Assembly: GCA_964016885.1 (NCBI GenBank) | Contig: OZ024750.1 | Span: forward strand, 3,906,001 to 3,970,000 | Length of the DNA: 64,000 nt | Direction: 5' to 3' | Origin: Eledone cirrhosa | Lineage: Eukaryota | Shown: positions 1-12,511 of the stretch, in pieces | How the letters are laid out: every line of letters starts with the position of its first letter | How positions within the stretch are numbered: the first letter of the stretch is position 1 | Notes under the pieces: model-generated | Seen by the model: the letters and a program-made list of their open reading frames with translations, nothing else | Told to the model about the DNA's origin: nothing | Databases searched by the model: none | Program-made: the position numbers and the translations under genes

Positions 1-1305
1 TATATATATATATATATATATAGATATATATATATATATATATATATATAGATATATATATTAAATATATATATATAGATATATATATTAAATATATATA
101 TATATATAGATATATATATTAAATATATATATATATATATAGATATATATATTAAATATATATATATATATAGATATATATATTAAATATATATATATAT
201 ATATTAGATATATATATTAAATATATATATTATATATATATTAGATATATATATTAAATATATATATTATATATATATTAGATATATATATTAAATATAT
301 ATATTATATATATATTAGATATATATATTAAATATATATATTATATATATATTAGATATATATATTAGATATATATATTAAATATATATTAGATATATAT
401 ATTAAATATATATATTATATATATATTAGATATATATATTAGATATATATATTAAATATATATATAATAGATATATATATATTATATATATATTAGATAT
501 ATATATTAAATATATATATAATAGATATATATATTAAATATATATATATATATTAGATATATATATTAAATAGATATATAATAGATATATATATTATATA
601 TATGTACATATATATTACATATATGTACTACATATATATGTAATATATATATATGTATATTACATATATATGTAATAAATATAAGTATATTACATATATA
701 TATATATTATGTATATTACATATATATATATATATTATGTATATTACATATATATGTATTACATATAATATGTAATATATATATATATATATATTACATA
801 TATTTATGTATATTATATATATATTACATATATATATATATTACATATATGTTATATATATATATGTTATATATATATATGTTATACATATTTGTTATAT
901 ATATAACATATATATATATGTTATATATATATATTACATATATATATATATATATTACATATATATATATTATATATATATATATATTACTTATATATAT
1001 ATATATTACTTATATATATATATATTACTTATATATATATATATTACTTATATATATATATATTACATATATATATATATATATTACTTATATATATATA
1101 TATTACTTATATATATATATATTACTTATATATATAAATATTACTTATATATATATATATTACTTATATATATATATATATTACATATATATATATATTA
1201 CATATATATATATATATTACATATATATATATATATATTACATATATATATATATTACATATATATGTATATATATTACATATATATGTAACATATATAC
1301 ATACA
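1..1305. repeat. Compound (TA)n-derived microsatellite (TAGA/TTAAA/TTAC-interrupted)
   Basis: Nearly pure TA with periodic interruptions; source of the spurious Y/I ORFs. Confidence 0.95.
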
Positions 1306-2019
1306 TTTATGAAATCAGTCATAAGCAAGAGATATTTGATCATAGAACTATATGCACGCTTACATAAAAACAGAAAAGAAATATATACACATGTACACAC
1401 TTATGAGAAACAGCTGTGTCCATAAAGATAAACACTAAAGGGTTGAGAGGTAGGGGTAAAAAAAAATATCAACCCTCCCGATCCCAGACAGAAAAAAAAG
1501 TGTAGAAAAATACAAACAAAAAATGGTTTAGTTATAGTAAAAGGGAGAAAAGACAGCCTGTATGAATGAAAACCTTCAGGTCTCAAATTATAGAAAAAGA
1601 ATGAGATGGAATTTATGGGTGGACATAACAAAAAAACAACAACAAAGAATGAAAACAAAAGAAAATACAAAAACCAAGTGGAAGATAATAGAATGGAGGC
1701 CAGAGAGTTTAAGATACGTTGTCAGATGTTTGATGAGTAAGATATACAATGAATATGATTGTTTTTACTGAGGATAAAGAAAGGATTTTTGCATATAGTG
1801 GTAGATCTTCAAAACATGAGAATGAGTACTGAAACAAAAAAAAAAAAAAAAAAAAAAACTAAAGGGAGAGAACTATGAATAAAGAGAGTGATTTTGGAGA
1901 AGAGTACTGGAAGAGTATAGAGTAAAAGATAGAATATTTTAAGAAGTAGACTTAAAATGACACACTTGTAAAGAAAGGAACTATACAAGACCTTTTTGAA
2001 ATTAAGAGTCAAGCTTATA

Positions 2020-2055
<36 letters not shown>

Positions 2056-2137
2056 TGTATGTATGTATGTATGTATGTATGTATGTATGTATGTATGTAT
2101 GTATGTATGTATGTGTGTATGTATATATAAAATAAAG

Positions 2138-2320
2138 AAAGTGTGGTAAGATACCAGGTGGACCAGAACGCACCAGGGTACTCGATAAGTAGAGTGGGTA
2201 ATAGGAAAAGAGTCAAGACCCCAACGGCTGAGCTCCGGCCGTTTCGACAGCTAGATCTGAACTGTGGATCTAGCTGTCGAAATGGCTGGAGCTCAGCCGT
2301 CGGGGTCCTGACTCTTTTTC
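2138..2320 (-). mobile_element. Family B fold-back PLE-like remnant (half hammerhead)
   Basis: About 53-bp inverted arms 2205-2320 around loop tgaactgtg, plus the tail shared with 11198-11392; ends in (TA)n. Confidence 0.75.
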
Positions 2321-2985
2321 TATATATATATATATTGTCTTTATAAAAGATTATTTTATAACCCAGTTTGCAGTTTAGGTTTTCAATATCTGTTTAAGTA
2401 TTCAATCAAACATCATGTGCATGTGTATCTATCCACTTGTCCTATACCTCAGTCAAAAAGTCAGCATGATCCTCAATCTGTAAACCTATCCAATCTATTA
2501 TATCAATTGCTCTCCTACTTCATGATATAATAGCTGTTGTGGTTTGCTTGAGCAAAGTTGATTGGAACTACCAACAACTGGCAACTACAGTTGTTGGAGT
2601 CTTCAGTTAATTAGTCATGTCATTTCTCCAATGCAATTATTGGTTTATTTTATATTAACAGTTTACTAATGTATTTAATCTTTGTTTAAAGTTTGTTTGG
2701 TTTATGGCCAGGAGTAGATAGATATTTCAATAAAGACACAACATACTTATGTAAATACTCCACAAAGTTTTATATCCATACATTAACAGAGACAGACACC
2801 AACACCCCCACAACCACACACATGCACACACACATGCACACACACTCAAATGTCAGGCTTTCTTTTATTTTACACAAGATGAACGGAACTTTTTGAAATA
2901 TTAGAAGGGTTGTAATGAAAAGAATTAATGTTAAGACAAATATGAAATTAGTTTGTCCCCTATTTCAGTTCTGGTGAGTGCAGGA

Positions 2986-3097
2986 TGAGATACAATATAC
3001 AATGAGATACTTTGCAAATAGAAATAATTTCGATGAGATACAATATACGATGAGATACAATATACAATGAGATACTTTGCAAATAGAAATAATTTCT
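2986..3097. repeat. Short tandem duplication
   Basis: tgagatacaatatacaatgagatactttgcaaatagaaataatttc occurs twice. Confidence 0.8.
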
Positions 3098-3371
3098 TCA
3101 TGTACATGGCCAATTAAGGAGGAGGGGGTGGAAGGGGGTGGCTGGAAAATGATTAGCAATTCAACAGAAGAAAGTTCTGCTTTCCTTCAATGACAAATGA
3201 ATGTTAAATATATTTTAAAACTCTTTCAGATTTAATCTGGTTAAAACTAACTCTGGTTTATGAAACAAAATCACCTATTTTTCAACATAATTTTGTATAA
3301 GAACCCTTTGTTAAGTGTATATATTTTTCTCTTTCAATAAAGAATTAATGATGTTGTGTCGAAACACGAAG

Positions 3372-3415
<44 letters not shown>

Positions 3416-3458
3416 GCGCATAATAAAATACATGGAACTCTTTTAACCATCTTTTGTT

Positions 3459-3509
<51 letters not shown>

Positions 3510-4403
3510 CAAAAACTTAAAATCTTCCAGCATAATTTTATATAAGAACCTTACATTAACTTACTATCTTATTAATGAAAAAATTAATAATTTTAGAAAA
3601 TTCATCCAAATCCTTAATTAATTAATCAAAATACAATGTATGTAATGAGAAATATGGTCACAAAAGACTTAAACATTATAGTTGAATTCTTCATCTTCAC
3701 AATTCTCATTCCATTAGTCAGGTGATGGAATTGAACTTACTTGAAATATTCTAAAGACAGAACTGAAGGAGTAGAGATAAGAGGGAATTGATGAATTTGT
3801 TTTACATCTCGGGAAATGTAACAATATCGATTGAAAGAATAGCTGAAACTTATGTACTTCTATAATGATTTCAGAAAGATGACAATGTTAAAACATTTCT
3901 CTCAGTAACAGAATGCCACACTTATTATGCATTAGTGTTGTAGAATATTGTAACTCTTTCCACTGACCTTCTTCATATAACCACTTTATTCTGTCTTTAA
4001 AATGGTAAAATACATTCTTGACGAAGATCTCTCCAATGAATATAGGAAGAAGTTTAAAGTGATTCTTATCCATGATTTTTATCAATGATGTAAGTGAAAG
4101 AATTAAAATGAGAAACCAAAATGAAGTTGCAGGTATACACCTCTGTTCTACAGCATCTGTTTAATAATAATGGTTTCTGATTTAGGCACAAAGCCAGCAA
4201 TTTTTGGGGAGGGAAAATTAAAGGGTTACATTATTAAATATGTAAAGCTTTATCTGGTCTTGCAGAGGAAAGAGTGCAAAAGGAAGACAAATTAAGTCAG
4301 TTGATCCCCCTTTTTAGTATTCTGTAAAATGAAAGGAAACAGCAGAGAAAAACAAATTATACTTCTTATTGTGTGTGTATGTGCGAGAGATATATGTGTA
4401 TAT

Positions 4404-4620
4404 ATAGTCCCGAGTTGTGTTGGGGGATAACCACAGTTAAAAAAGATACTCAATATATTGGTAGAGTTTAGGCATCTTTTATTATATATATAGAAACAAC
4501 TTATACAAGACTAGAACTGTTTCATTCAAATGAAACAGTTCTAGTCCTTGTAAGGAATTGGTTGTTTATTAAATATGGAATATTCTTTCCTAGTCTATCT
4601 CTACCAATAAGTTGTTGACT
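4404..4620. mobile_element. Family C fold-back PLE-like remnant
   Basis: acaagactagaactgtttcatt-ca-aatgaaacagttctagtccttgt palindrome; same motif as hammerheads 6891 and 61283; left flank matches the reverse complement of 61340-61410. Confidence 0.7.
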
Positions 4621-6189
4621 TTAAAAAAAACAGCCCCAGATGGATGAGGAGTTTACCATAACTTCTGTGACATTTACACATTTGCAAGTGAATGTTCTCA
4701 GCAACACTAATCATTCTCTACAGTGAATTATGGTGGCTAATTTTTTCTTTTTTTTTCTCCCAGCCTGAGAAACTAAGATTAATAAGTCTGAGTGACTTGT
4801 TGATGTAAAACACAGTTCTGTGATTAGGTTTTAATCTAATATGTTGGTACCTTAGCAATAATTCAACAAAGAAATAATATAAAACAAAGAGAGGCATTTG
4901 TGTTTTAGATAACTTCATTTTGTTTTGTTTTTTATTATAACAAAAGAATGACACTTAGACATTTTGGAATGAAGAGAAAAGAGAATTAAGGGAAAGAAAA
5001 AAGAGTGACATCCAAATTATTCATTGTCATCACCAGATTAATGTTCACTTTTTTTTACATAATGATATGTCAGTACAGTACCATACCTCTAGTCATCGAT
5101 ATCATGTGACTTTTATGAATTATTACAGATAAAAAGGTATATCTTTCTGAGATGATATAAACTGAGAGAGAGAGATTTCAAACTGCTGATATCATTTGCA
5201 AAGGCTCTTGATTAAGAAGTAAATTTGCAGATAATAAATATGACTTCTAAATTATATATTATAGTATATAAAGAATTTATTTAAGTTAAATAAAAATGTA
5301 TATTCAGCTTCAATATATTAGAGAATTAAATTTTAAAGACATTTAAAGTGGTACCAGTTATGGCTGTACTCACAACATTGCTTTAAGTAAAATGTCAAAA
5401 ATAAACCTCAATCACTGAGTGAGTGATGCAAGGAGACACTGCATCTTTCAAAACTTCAATGCTTCTATGCTTCCAGAAATTCAACAACCCTCCCCCTCCA
5501 AGCACATGCATGCATGTGTGTGTGTGTGTGTGTATGTGTCATGACTCATACACTGTTCACTTTCCTGATGATTGTACATTATCATATGTACTATACATAT
5601 ACCTTTGATGAGTTGTAGTGCACCTGAGCACTGTACACAAATATTTTCATTATTATTATTATAGCAATTGTTTAAAGAGTCTAACAATAATACATAATAA
5701 AGTGTCATGCTTTCTCTGTTAATTCCAATACTTTCTTTTTCTGTATGTTTGACTAAATATTAAATTCTTTATTATTTGTCATTTAATTTTATACTAGGAA
5801 TATATTTGAATATTTTGAAATAAAATAATTCTTCCATTAAATGCCTAAACCTGTTGATATTTAACTACCTGAAAACGTGATTCTATAATCAATATTCTTT
5901 GTTTTAGAATATCTATATTAAACTAAAAACCTTCCATAATAATTGTATGTAAGAACCTTTTTTAAGTTATGTTCCAACCACCAGCTTACTAATGAGAAAG
6001 TTAGGTATATTACTAAATCCCTCCAAATTCTAGATTACTTTAAAGAATATCTGAAAATCATTGGCAGTATTCCTTAGAAATATGGTAACAAAAGGGTTCG
6101 TTAATTTTTCTTCTAATAATATGTTGCATGAACAAATACTAACATTCATCTCCCCATTTAGATTATGCAGACACATCTAAAGTATATGT

Positions 6190-6532
6190 ATCATCATCAT
6201 CATCATCATCATTTTACGTCCACTTTTCCCTGCTTGCAAGGGTGGGACGGGAACTGATTTTGGCTTGATTTCTACAGCTGGATGCCCTTCCTAACACCAA
6301 CCTCATTTACAGTGAGTGCTGGGTGCTTTTTTGCTCTGGCACCTCCACGACCACTTTACAGTGGAATGATAGGGACCCCAGTCCCTATCATCTCATTTCT
6401 ACAGCTGAGTAAACTGGAGCAATGTAGAATAAAGTGTCTTGCTCAAGGAAACAACACATCACCCGGTCTGAGAATTGAACTCAGAACCTTTCGATTGCAA
6501 GGCCAATGCTCTAACCACTAAGCCATATGCCA
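6190..6532 (-). mobile_element. tRNA-derived SINE with CORE-like centre and RTE-type 3' tail
   Basis: Head ggcatatggcttagtggttagagc...gagttcaattc; ccttgagcaagacacttt; 3' end nearly identical to RTE 3' end at 57863-57915; (GAT)n tail. Confidence 0.8.
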
Positions 6533-6639
6533 TGTGTGTATATATATATCTAGCTTACATAGAGCACTCTCCTTTCCTTTACCATTCGTACGGAAATACT
6601 TTATATATATATATATATATGTGTGTGTAGCTAAATCTA

Positions 6640-6779
6640 CATTATTTCTGAAGACGGCATATGTATGTGTTTGGTATGTATATTATATTTGATAGTTTGT
6701 ATAATTTTGTACATAGATCTGTTGAATATGCATGCCAATTCTAACACATATATGTCCTAGAAACGATCGTTAAATAATG
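6640..6779 (+). ncRNA. Type I hammerhead ribozyme motif with long helix II
   Basis: cattattt-CTGAAGA-[ggcatatgtatgtgtt...aacacatatatgtc]-GAA-ACGATCGT-T-aaataatg; 8-bp helix I, palindromic helix III, GUU site. Confidence 0.8.
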
Positions 6780-6841
6780 AACTTTTTTTGTTTATTATAA
6801 GGAACTGTTTCATTGTTTTATTCATTATTTTTTTAATACTT

Positions 6842-6872
<31 letters not shown>

Positions 6873-6890
6873 AGTTTTAATATAGATGAG

Positions 6891-6937
6891 ATTCTACAGG
6901 ACTAGAACTGTTTCATTCTTTAGAAATCATCAGGAAT
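6891..6937 (-). ncRNA. Type I hammerhead ribozyme motif (family C)
   Basis: attc-CTGATGA-tttctaaagaat-GAA-ACAGttctagtcCTGT-A-gaat; GUA site. Confidence 0.8.
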
Positions 6938-7019
6938 ATATATATATATAAACTTTGGGAGGGTCATGTTGCCAATATATATATATATCAACAATTCTTC
7001 TCTTGATAATGGATGGTAA

Positions 7020-7094
7020 ATCCAATATTCGCAGTTTTTCACACTTCACAGGTGCTCTAGGAACGAAACCCCACGAATACCGGGGGACAACTGT
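7020..7094. mobile_element. pogo/Tigger-like DNA transposon end
   Basis: Terminus reads TA-cagttgtcccccggtattcgtggggtttcgttcc on the minus strand. Confidence 0.45.
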
Positions 7095-7322
7095 ATATAT
7101 ATATATTTGTGTCCTTGAGCAAGACACATTATTTCACATTGCTCCTTCTGCCAGGAGTTGCGACCAGTAGATAGTACAAGCAATAGAAAGACTAATTGAA
7201 ACATTGTTTCTTTTGGTCTGATTTGATGAGGTCCACCCCACCCAGGATCTGGGATCAGAGCAAGAATGAGCAATATATATATATATATACAATATATACA
7301 ATATATATATATATATACAATG

Positions 7323-7723
7323 AATGGAAACTATATTTATAAAACCATATTTATTTTATTATACATATTTCAAGGGCAACCAAGGCAAATTATGGTGCAC
7401 TTTCATCAGATAAAATACAGATTTGTTTTATAAATAAGTATTGACATACCCGGAAAAAAGACAACGTTAACGGTTGGAGCTTCCTGGATAGTGGAGATGT
7501 CAATATTTATTTATAAAACAAATCTGTATTTTATCTGATGAAAGCGCACCATAATTTGCATTGGTTGCTCTTGAAATATGTATAATAAAATAAATATGGT
7601 TTTATAAATATAGTTTCCATTTATTAATATATTGTGTATTTACTCCACTAACCAGTTAAGTGCTTTATATCAGTTATAAAAATTTTTAAGCTTGGTGAAT
7701 CCCAACAAATTAAATATAACCTC

Positions 7724-7727
<4 letters not shown>
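7323..7727 (+). mobile_element. Family A PLE-like pLTR remnant with inverted 5' copy
   Basis: About 125-bp inverted arms 7323-7447 and 7497-7621, plus a unique tail; flanked by (TA)n; homologous to 11414, 30721 and 34151. Confidence 0.8.
7527..7592 (+). ncRNA. Type I hammerhead motif (family A); mirror copy at 7352-7417 on minus
   Basis: tattttat-CTGATGA-aagcgcacca...tggttgctctt-GAA-ATATGTAT-A-ataaaata. Confidence 0.8.
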
Positions 7728-7762
<35 letters not shown>

Positions 7763-7893
7763 GTATTTATTTGTTATGCAAGGTTTTTGATATGAAATCG
7801 TGTGTTGAAACAGATATTTTATAATATTGCCAGAAATAATAATAAACACACTCACTGTCTATGGATATTACAATACAATGGGAGAAAACATAA

Positions 7894-7945
7894 TAGTACC
7901 ACTGATGATGTTACAGGTGTGTGACGAAAGAATTTTGATATACTA
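7894..7945 (+). ncRNA. Minimal type I hammerhead motif (same family as 32178)
   Basis: tagtacca-CTGATGA-tgttaca ggtg tgtgac-GAAAGaattt-tgatatacta. Confidence 0.65.
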
Positions 7946-8139
7946 TATATATATCTATATATATATATATATTTATATATATATTTTTAACAGTTGGTCA
8001 ATCAATGATAAACATTGATTGCCAGCTAAATTAACTATAGGGATATAAAATATACGTAAGCGAAAACCAATCCAAACCAAAGAGTGAGTGTGTTTTATTA
8101 TTATTTCTGGCAATATTATAACAATTTGACCTTCCCCAA

Positions 8140-8970
8140 ATATATATATATGTATATATATTTATATGTATATATATATTTATATGTATATATATATTTA
8201 TATGTATATATATATTTATATGTATATATATATGTATATATATTTATGTATATATATATGTATATATATTTATGTATATATATATGTGTATATATATATG
8301 TGTATATATATATATGTGTATATATATATATGTATGTGTGTATGTATATGTGTATATGTATATATATATATTTATTTATATATATATATTTATATATATC
8401 TAAATATTATATTTATATGTATATATATGTGTATATATATATATGTATATATATTTATGTATATATATATGTATATATATTTATGTATATATATATGTAT
8501 ATATATTTATATATATACGTATATGTATATATATATGTATATATATTTATATATATATGTATATATATATGTATATATATTTATGTATATATATTTATGT
8601 ATATATATATATGTATATATATTTATGTATATATATATATATGTATATATATTTATATATATATGTATATATGTTTATATGTATATATTTATATGTATAT
8701 ATATATATGTATATATATTTATATGTATATATTTATATGTATATATATATATATGTATATATATATGTATATATATTTATGTATATATATATGTATATAT
8801 ATTTATGTATATATGTATATATATTTATATATATATGTATATATATTTATATGTATATATATATATATGTGTATATATTTATATGTGTATATATTTATAT
8901 ATGTATATATATATGTATATATTTATATATGTATATATATATGCATATATGTATATATGTATATATATAT
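8140..8970. repeat. (TA)n/(TATG) compound microsatellite
   Basis: Direct inspection. Confidence 0.95.
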
Positions 8971-8971
8971 T

Positions 8972-9178
8972 AAATTCAAGAAGTCTTTGGAAAAATTCCT
9001 CCAAGTAGTCCCGGACAAACCACCCACACCCGGATATGTCTCCGCAAACAGTAATTCTCTTCTCGAATGAGCCATGGTGCCCAAATCCTGAATTGAAAGA
9101 CTTCGCCAGTTGGTGCTATTAAGTTAGACATGGCCTGGGCCAATACTGGCCAAAACATTTCAAAGTTATTCAAAGTTA
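8972..9178 (+). mobile_element. CR1/L2-group LINE 3' fragment
   Basis: Encodes [32 protein letters not shown], typical of a CR1-type ORF2 C-terminus; ends in tandem ttcaaagtta. Confidence 0.7.
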
Positions 9179-9534
9179 TATATGTATATATATATATATG
9201 TGTATATATTTATATATGTATATATATATGTGTATATATATATGTGTGTATATATATATATGTGTGTATATATATATATATGTATGTGTATATATATATA
9301 TATATATGTGTGTATATATATATGTGTGTATATATATATATGTGTATATATATGTGTGTGTATATATATATATGTGTATATATATATGTGTATATATATA
9401 TATGTGTATATATATATGTATGTGTGTATATATATGTGTATATGTATATATATATATTTATTTATATATATATATATATATTTATTTATATATATATATA
9501 TTTATTTATATATATTTATTTATATATATATTTA

Positions 9535-9569
<35 letters not shown>

Positions 9570-9686
9570 TTATATATATATTTATTTATATATTTATATA
9601 TATATTTATATTTATATATATATTTATATTTATATATATATTTATATTTATATATATATTTATATATATATTTATTTATATATATA

Positions 9687-9731
<45 letters not shown>

Positions 9732-10083
9732 ATATATATTTATATATATTTATATATATATATATATTTATATTTATATACATATATATATTTATATATA
9801 TATGTATATATATTTATATGTATATGTATATATATTTATATATATATGTATATATATTTATATATATATGTATATGTATATATATTTATATATATATGTA
9901 TATATATTTATATATATATGTATATGTATATATATTTATATATATATGTATATATATTTATATATATTTATATATATATGTATATATATTTATATATATT
10001 TATATATATATGTATATATATTTATATATATATATATCTATATGTAATATATTATATATATATATTTATATTATATATATTTA
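9179..10083. repeat. (TA)n compound microsatellite
   Basis: Direct inspection. Confidence 0.95.
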
Positions 10084-10283
10084 NNNNNNNNNNNNNNNNN
10101 NNNNNNNNNNNNNNNNNNNNNNNNNNNNNNNNNNNNNNNNNNNNNNNNNNNNNNNNNNNNNNNNNNNNNNNNNNNNNNNNNNNNNNNNNNNNNNNNNNNN
10201 NNNNNNNNNNNNNNNNNNNNNNNNNNNNNNNNNNNNNNNNNNNNNNNNNNNNNNNNNNNNNNNNNNNNNNNNNNNNNNNNNNN
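10084..10283. other. Assembly gap (200 N)
   Basis: Run of N. Confidence 1.
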
Positions 10284-10322
10284 TTATTTTTCAGTATTTT
10301 AGTAAATCTCTGAATATAAAAT

Positions 10323-10453
10323 TGGGACTTGTGACAGTGTTAGGACATTATCCCAAGGACATCTTACATCTAGATGTCTTGTAACTCCTGGGACTTGTGA
10401 CAGTGTTAGGACATTATCCCAAGGACATCTTACATCTAGATGTCATGTAACTC
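10323..10453. repeat. 66-bp tandem duplication
   Basis: tgggacttgtgacagtgttagg...gtaactc twice, one mismatch. Confidence 0.9.
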
Positions 10454-10698
10454 ACAACCATACCAGGTAGTTTCTATACATAATTAGAAATACACATACA
10501 TTGTAACGTAAACAAATGCGCACATGTGCTTTCATAATGAAGGTATTATATACACCACACACCATACACATATATGTACACACGTGCACCCACACACATA
10601 ATGTATGTATATGTGTACGTATATGTATATGTATGTATGTATGTATGTATGTGTGTGTGTGTGTGTGTGTAAATATATATATATATACGTATATATAC

Positions 10699-10764
<66 letters not shown>

Positions 10765-10810
10765 GTACATATATATATACATACATATACATATGTATGT
10801 ATATATATAC

Positions 10811-10841
<31 letters not shown>

Positions 10842-10849
10842 TATATAAA

Positions 10850-10880
<31 letters not shown>

Positions 10881-10929
10881 GAATGTATATGATATATAAA
10901 TGTGTATATGTATATATATAAGTGCACAT

Positions 10930-11077
10930 GAAGACTAAAATCCAAAGATGGCTCGATAAGGATAAATATATATCAAATATATAAGAACCCTAGAGCAAAT
11001 ATTTGTTTTTAGTTTCAGAAGATCCCGTTAAGGGTGAAAGCAGCGATTCTTTGCTTAAACTTTAATCTGTTATTTTA

Positions 11078-11083
<6 letters not shown>
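10930..11083 (+). mobile_element. Family D PLE-like remnant with variant hammerhead (11011-11061)
   Basis: agttt-CAGAAGA-tccc gttaa gggt-GAA-AGCA...TGCT-T-aaact; related pieces at 14877-14950, 41345-41515, 45385-45515 and 60648-60708. Confidence 0.65.
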
Positions 11084-11141
<58 letters not shown>

Positions 11142-11197
11142 ATGTGTATTTACATATATGTATATGAATGTATATATATTTATATATATATATATAT

Positions 11198-11392
11198 ATA
11201 GGAACGAGTAGGACCCCGACGGCTGAGCTCAAGCCGTTTCGACGGCTAATCTGGTCCAGAATTAGCCGTCGAAACGGCTTGAGCTCAGCCGTCGGGGTCC
11301 TACTCGTTCCTATTACCCACTCTACTACCCTAAGTATTGAGTACTTTGGTGCGTTATGGTCCACCTGGTTCCTTACCACATTTCCTTCGTTA
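11198..11392 (+). mobile_element. Family B fold-back element
   Basis: Perfect 53-bp arms 11198-11250 and 11261-11313; right arm carries GAAACGGC...GCCGTC; conserved about 80-bp tail. Confidence 0.8.
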
Positions 11393-11413
11393 TATATATA
11401 TATATATATATAT

Positions 11414-11830
11414 ATACGATATATTAACAAATGGAAACTATATTTATAAAACCATATTTATTTCATTATACATATTTCAAGGACACCAAGTTAAATTATG
11501 GTGTGCTTTCATCAGAGATAAAATATAATATAGATCAGTTTTATAAATAAATATTGACATACCCTTAAAATAATGCGACATTTCTGTTGGATGCTCTGGA
11601 GCTTCCAACAGAAATGGTCGCATTCTTTTAAGGGTATGTCAATATTTATTTATAAAACTGATCTATATTATATTTTATCTGATGAAAGCACACCATAATT
11701 TAACTTGGTGTCCTTGAAATATGTATAATGAAATAAATATGGTTTTATAAATATAGTTTCCATTTGTTAATATATCGTATTTTTACTCCAATAATTTGTT
11801 GAGTGCTTTATATCAGTTATAAAATATTTT
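11414..11830 (+). mobile_element. Family A fold-back PLE-like remnant
   Basis: Near-perfect about 178-bp arms 11414-11591 and 11604-11780 with a 12-nt loop. Confidence 0.85.
11671..11735 (+). ncRNA. Type I hammerhead motif (family A)
   Basis: tattttat-CTGATGA-aagcacacca...tggtgtcctt-GAA-ATATGTAT-A-atgaaata. Confidence 0.8.
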
Positions 11831-11902
11831 ATTCTTCTACAATATTACTCACCTTCTATATATATATATGTATATGTATATATATGTATATACATGTGTG
11901 TG

Positions 11903-11987
<85 letters not shown>

Positions 11988-12374
11988 ATGAAATGTGACT
12001 ATATTGGAATTGCATTAGTTAGGTTACCACGCCCACGAGATCTCCTGAGGATTTTAACCCTCAAATTAAGTTGGTTGTTTGTTTATGTTTGTTTGGAGGT
12101 GGGATCGGGTTGAGGTGTTTGTATGGAAGTGGGATCGGGGTGAGGTGTTTGTTTAAGCTGTGTCGATGTAGACATAAGTGAAATTGGAAAGAGAGTTAAC
12201 AGTTAAAACTAGTACATAAGATTGTCTGACAATTGTTAAACTGTGTGTGTGTGTGTGTCTGTGTGTATGTGTGTGTATGTATGTGTGTGTCTGTATGTAT
12301 GTGCGTGTCTGTGTGTGCGTGTGTATGTGTGTGTCTGTCTGTATATGTGTGTGTGTGTGTGTGTGTGTAATCTG

Positions 12375-12480
12375 TATTTATTGCTCCCTCTCTAAGAGTT
12401 AGCCCACCTCGCAGTCCCTGTGGACAAGATGGAGAAGATATTGTTCCGGAGCTTGACGAGGGAGATGCGCTGGAATAGCC
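12375..12480 (-). mobile_element. CRE-like non-LTR element 3' end
   Basis: Translates LFQRISLVKLRNNIFSILSTGTARWANS*, homologous to 41970 and 52080 copies; followed by AATAAA and a (CA)-rich tract. Confidence 0.7.
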
Positions 12481-12511
12481 CCCCCCCCCCCCATCTGGTG
12501 GGGGTCGCACT

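Noticed and set aside
2571-2612. Hammerhead on minus (CTGAAGA plus hairpin)
   Set aside because: No GAAA or helix III/I closure
3888-4085. Possible coding exon in unique sequence
   Set aside because: No recognisable domain, no convincing splice sites or partner exons
6460-6532. tRNA gene
   Set aside because: It is the A/B-box head of a SINE, continuous with the SINE body; no complete cloverleaf
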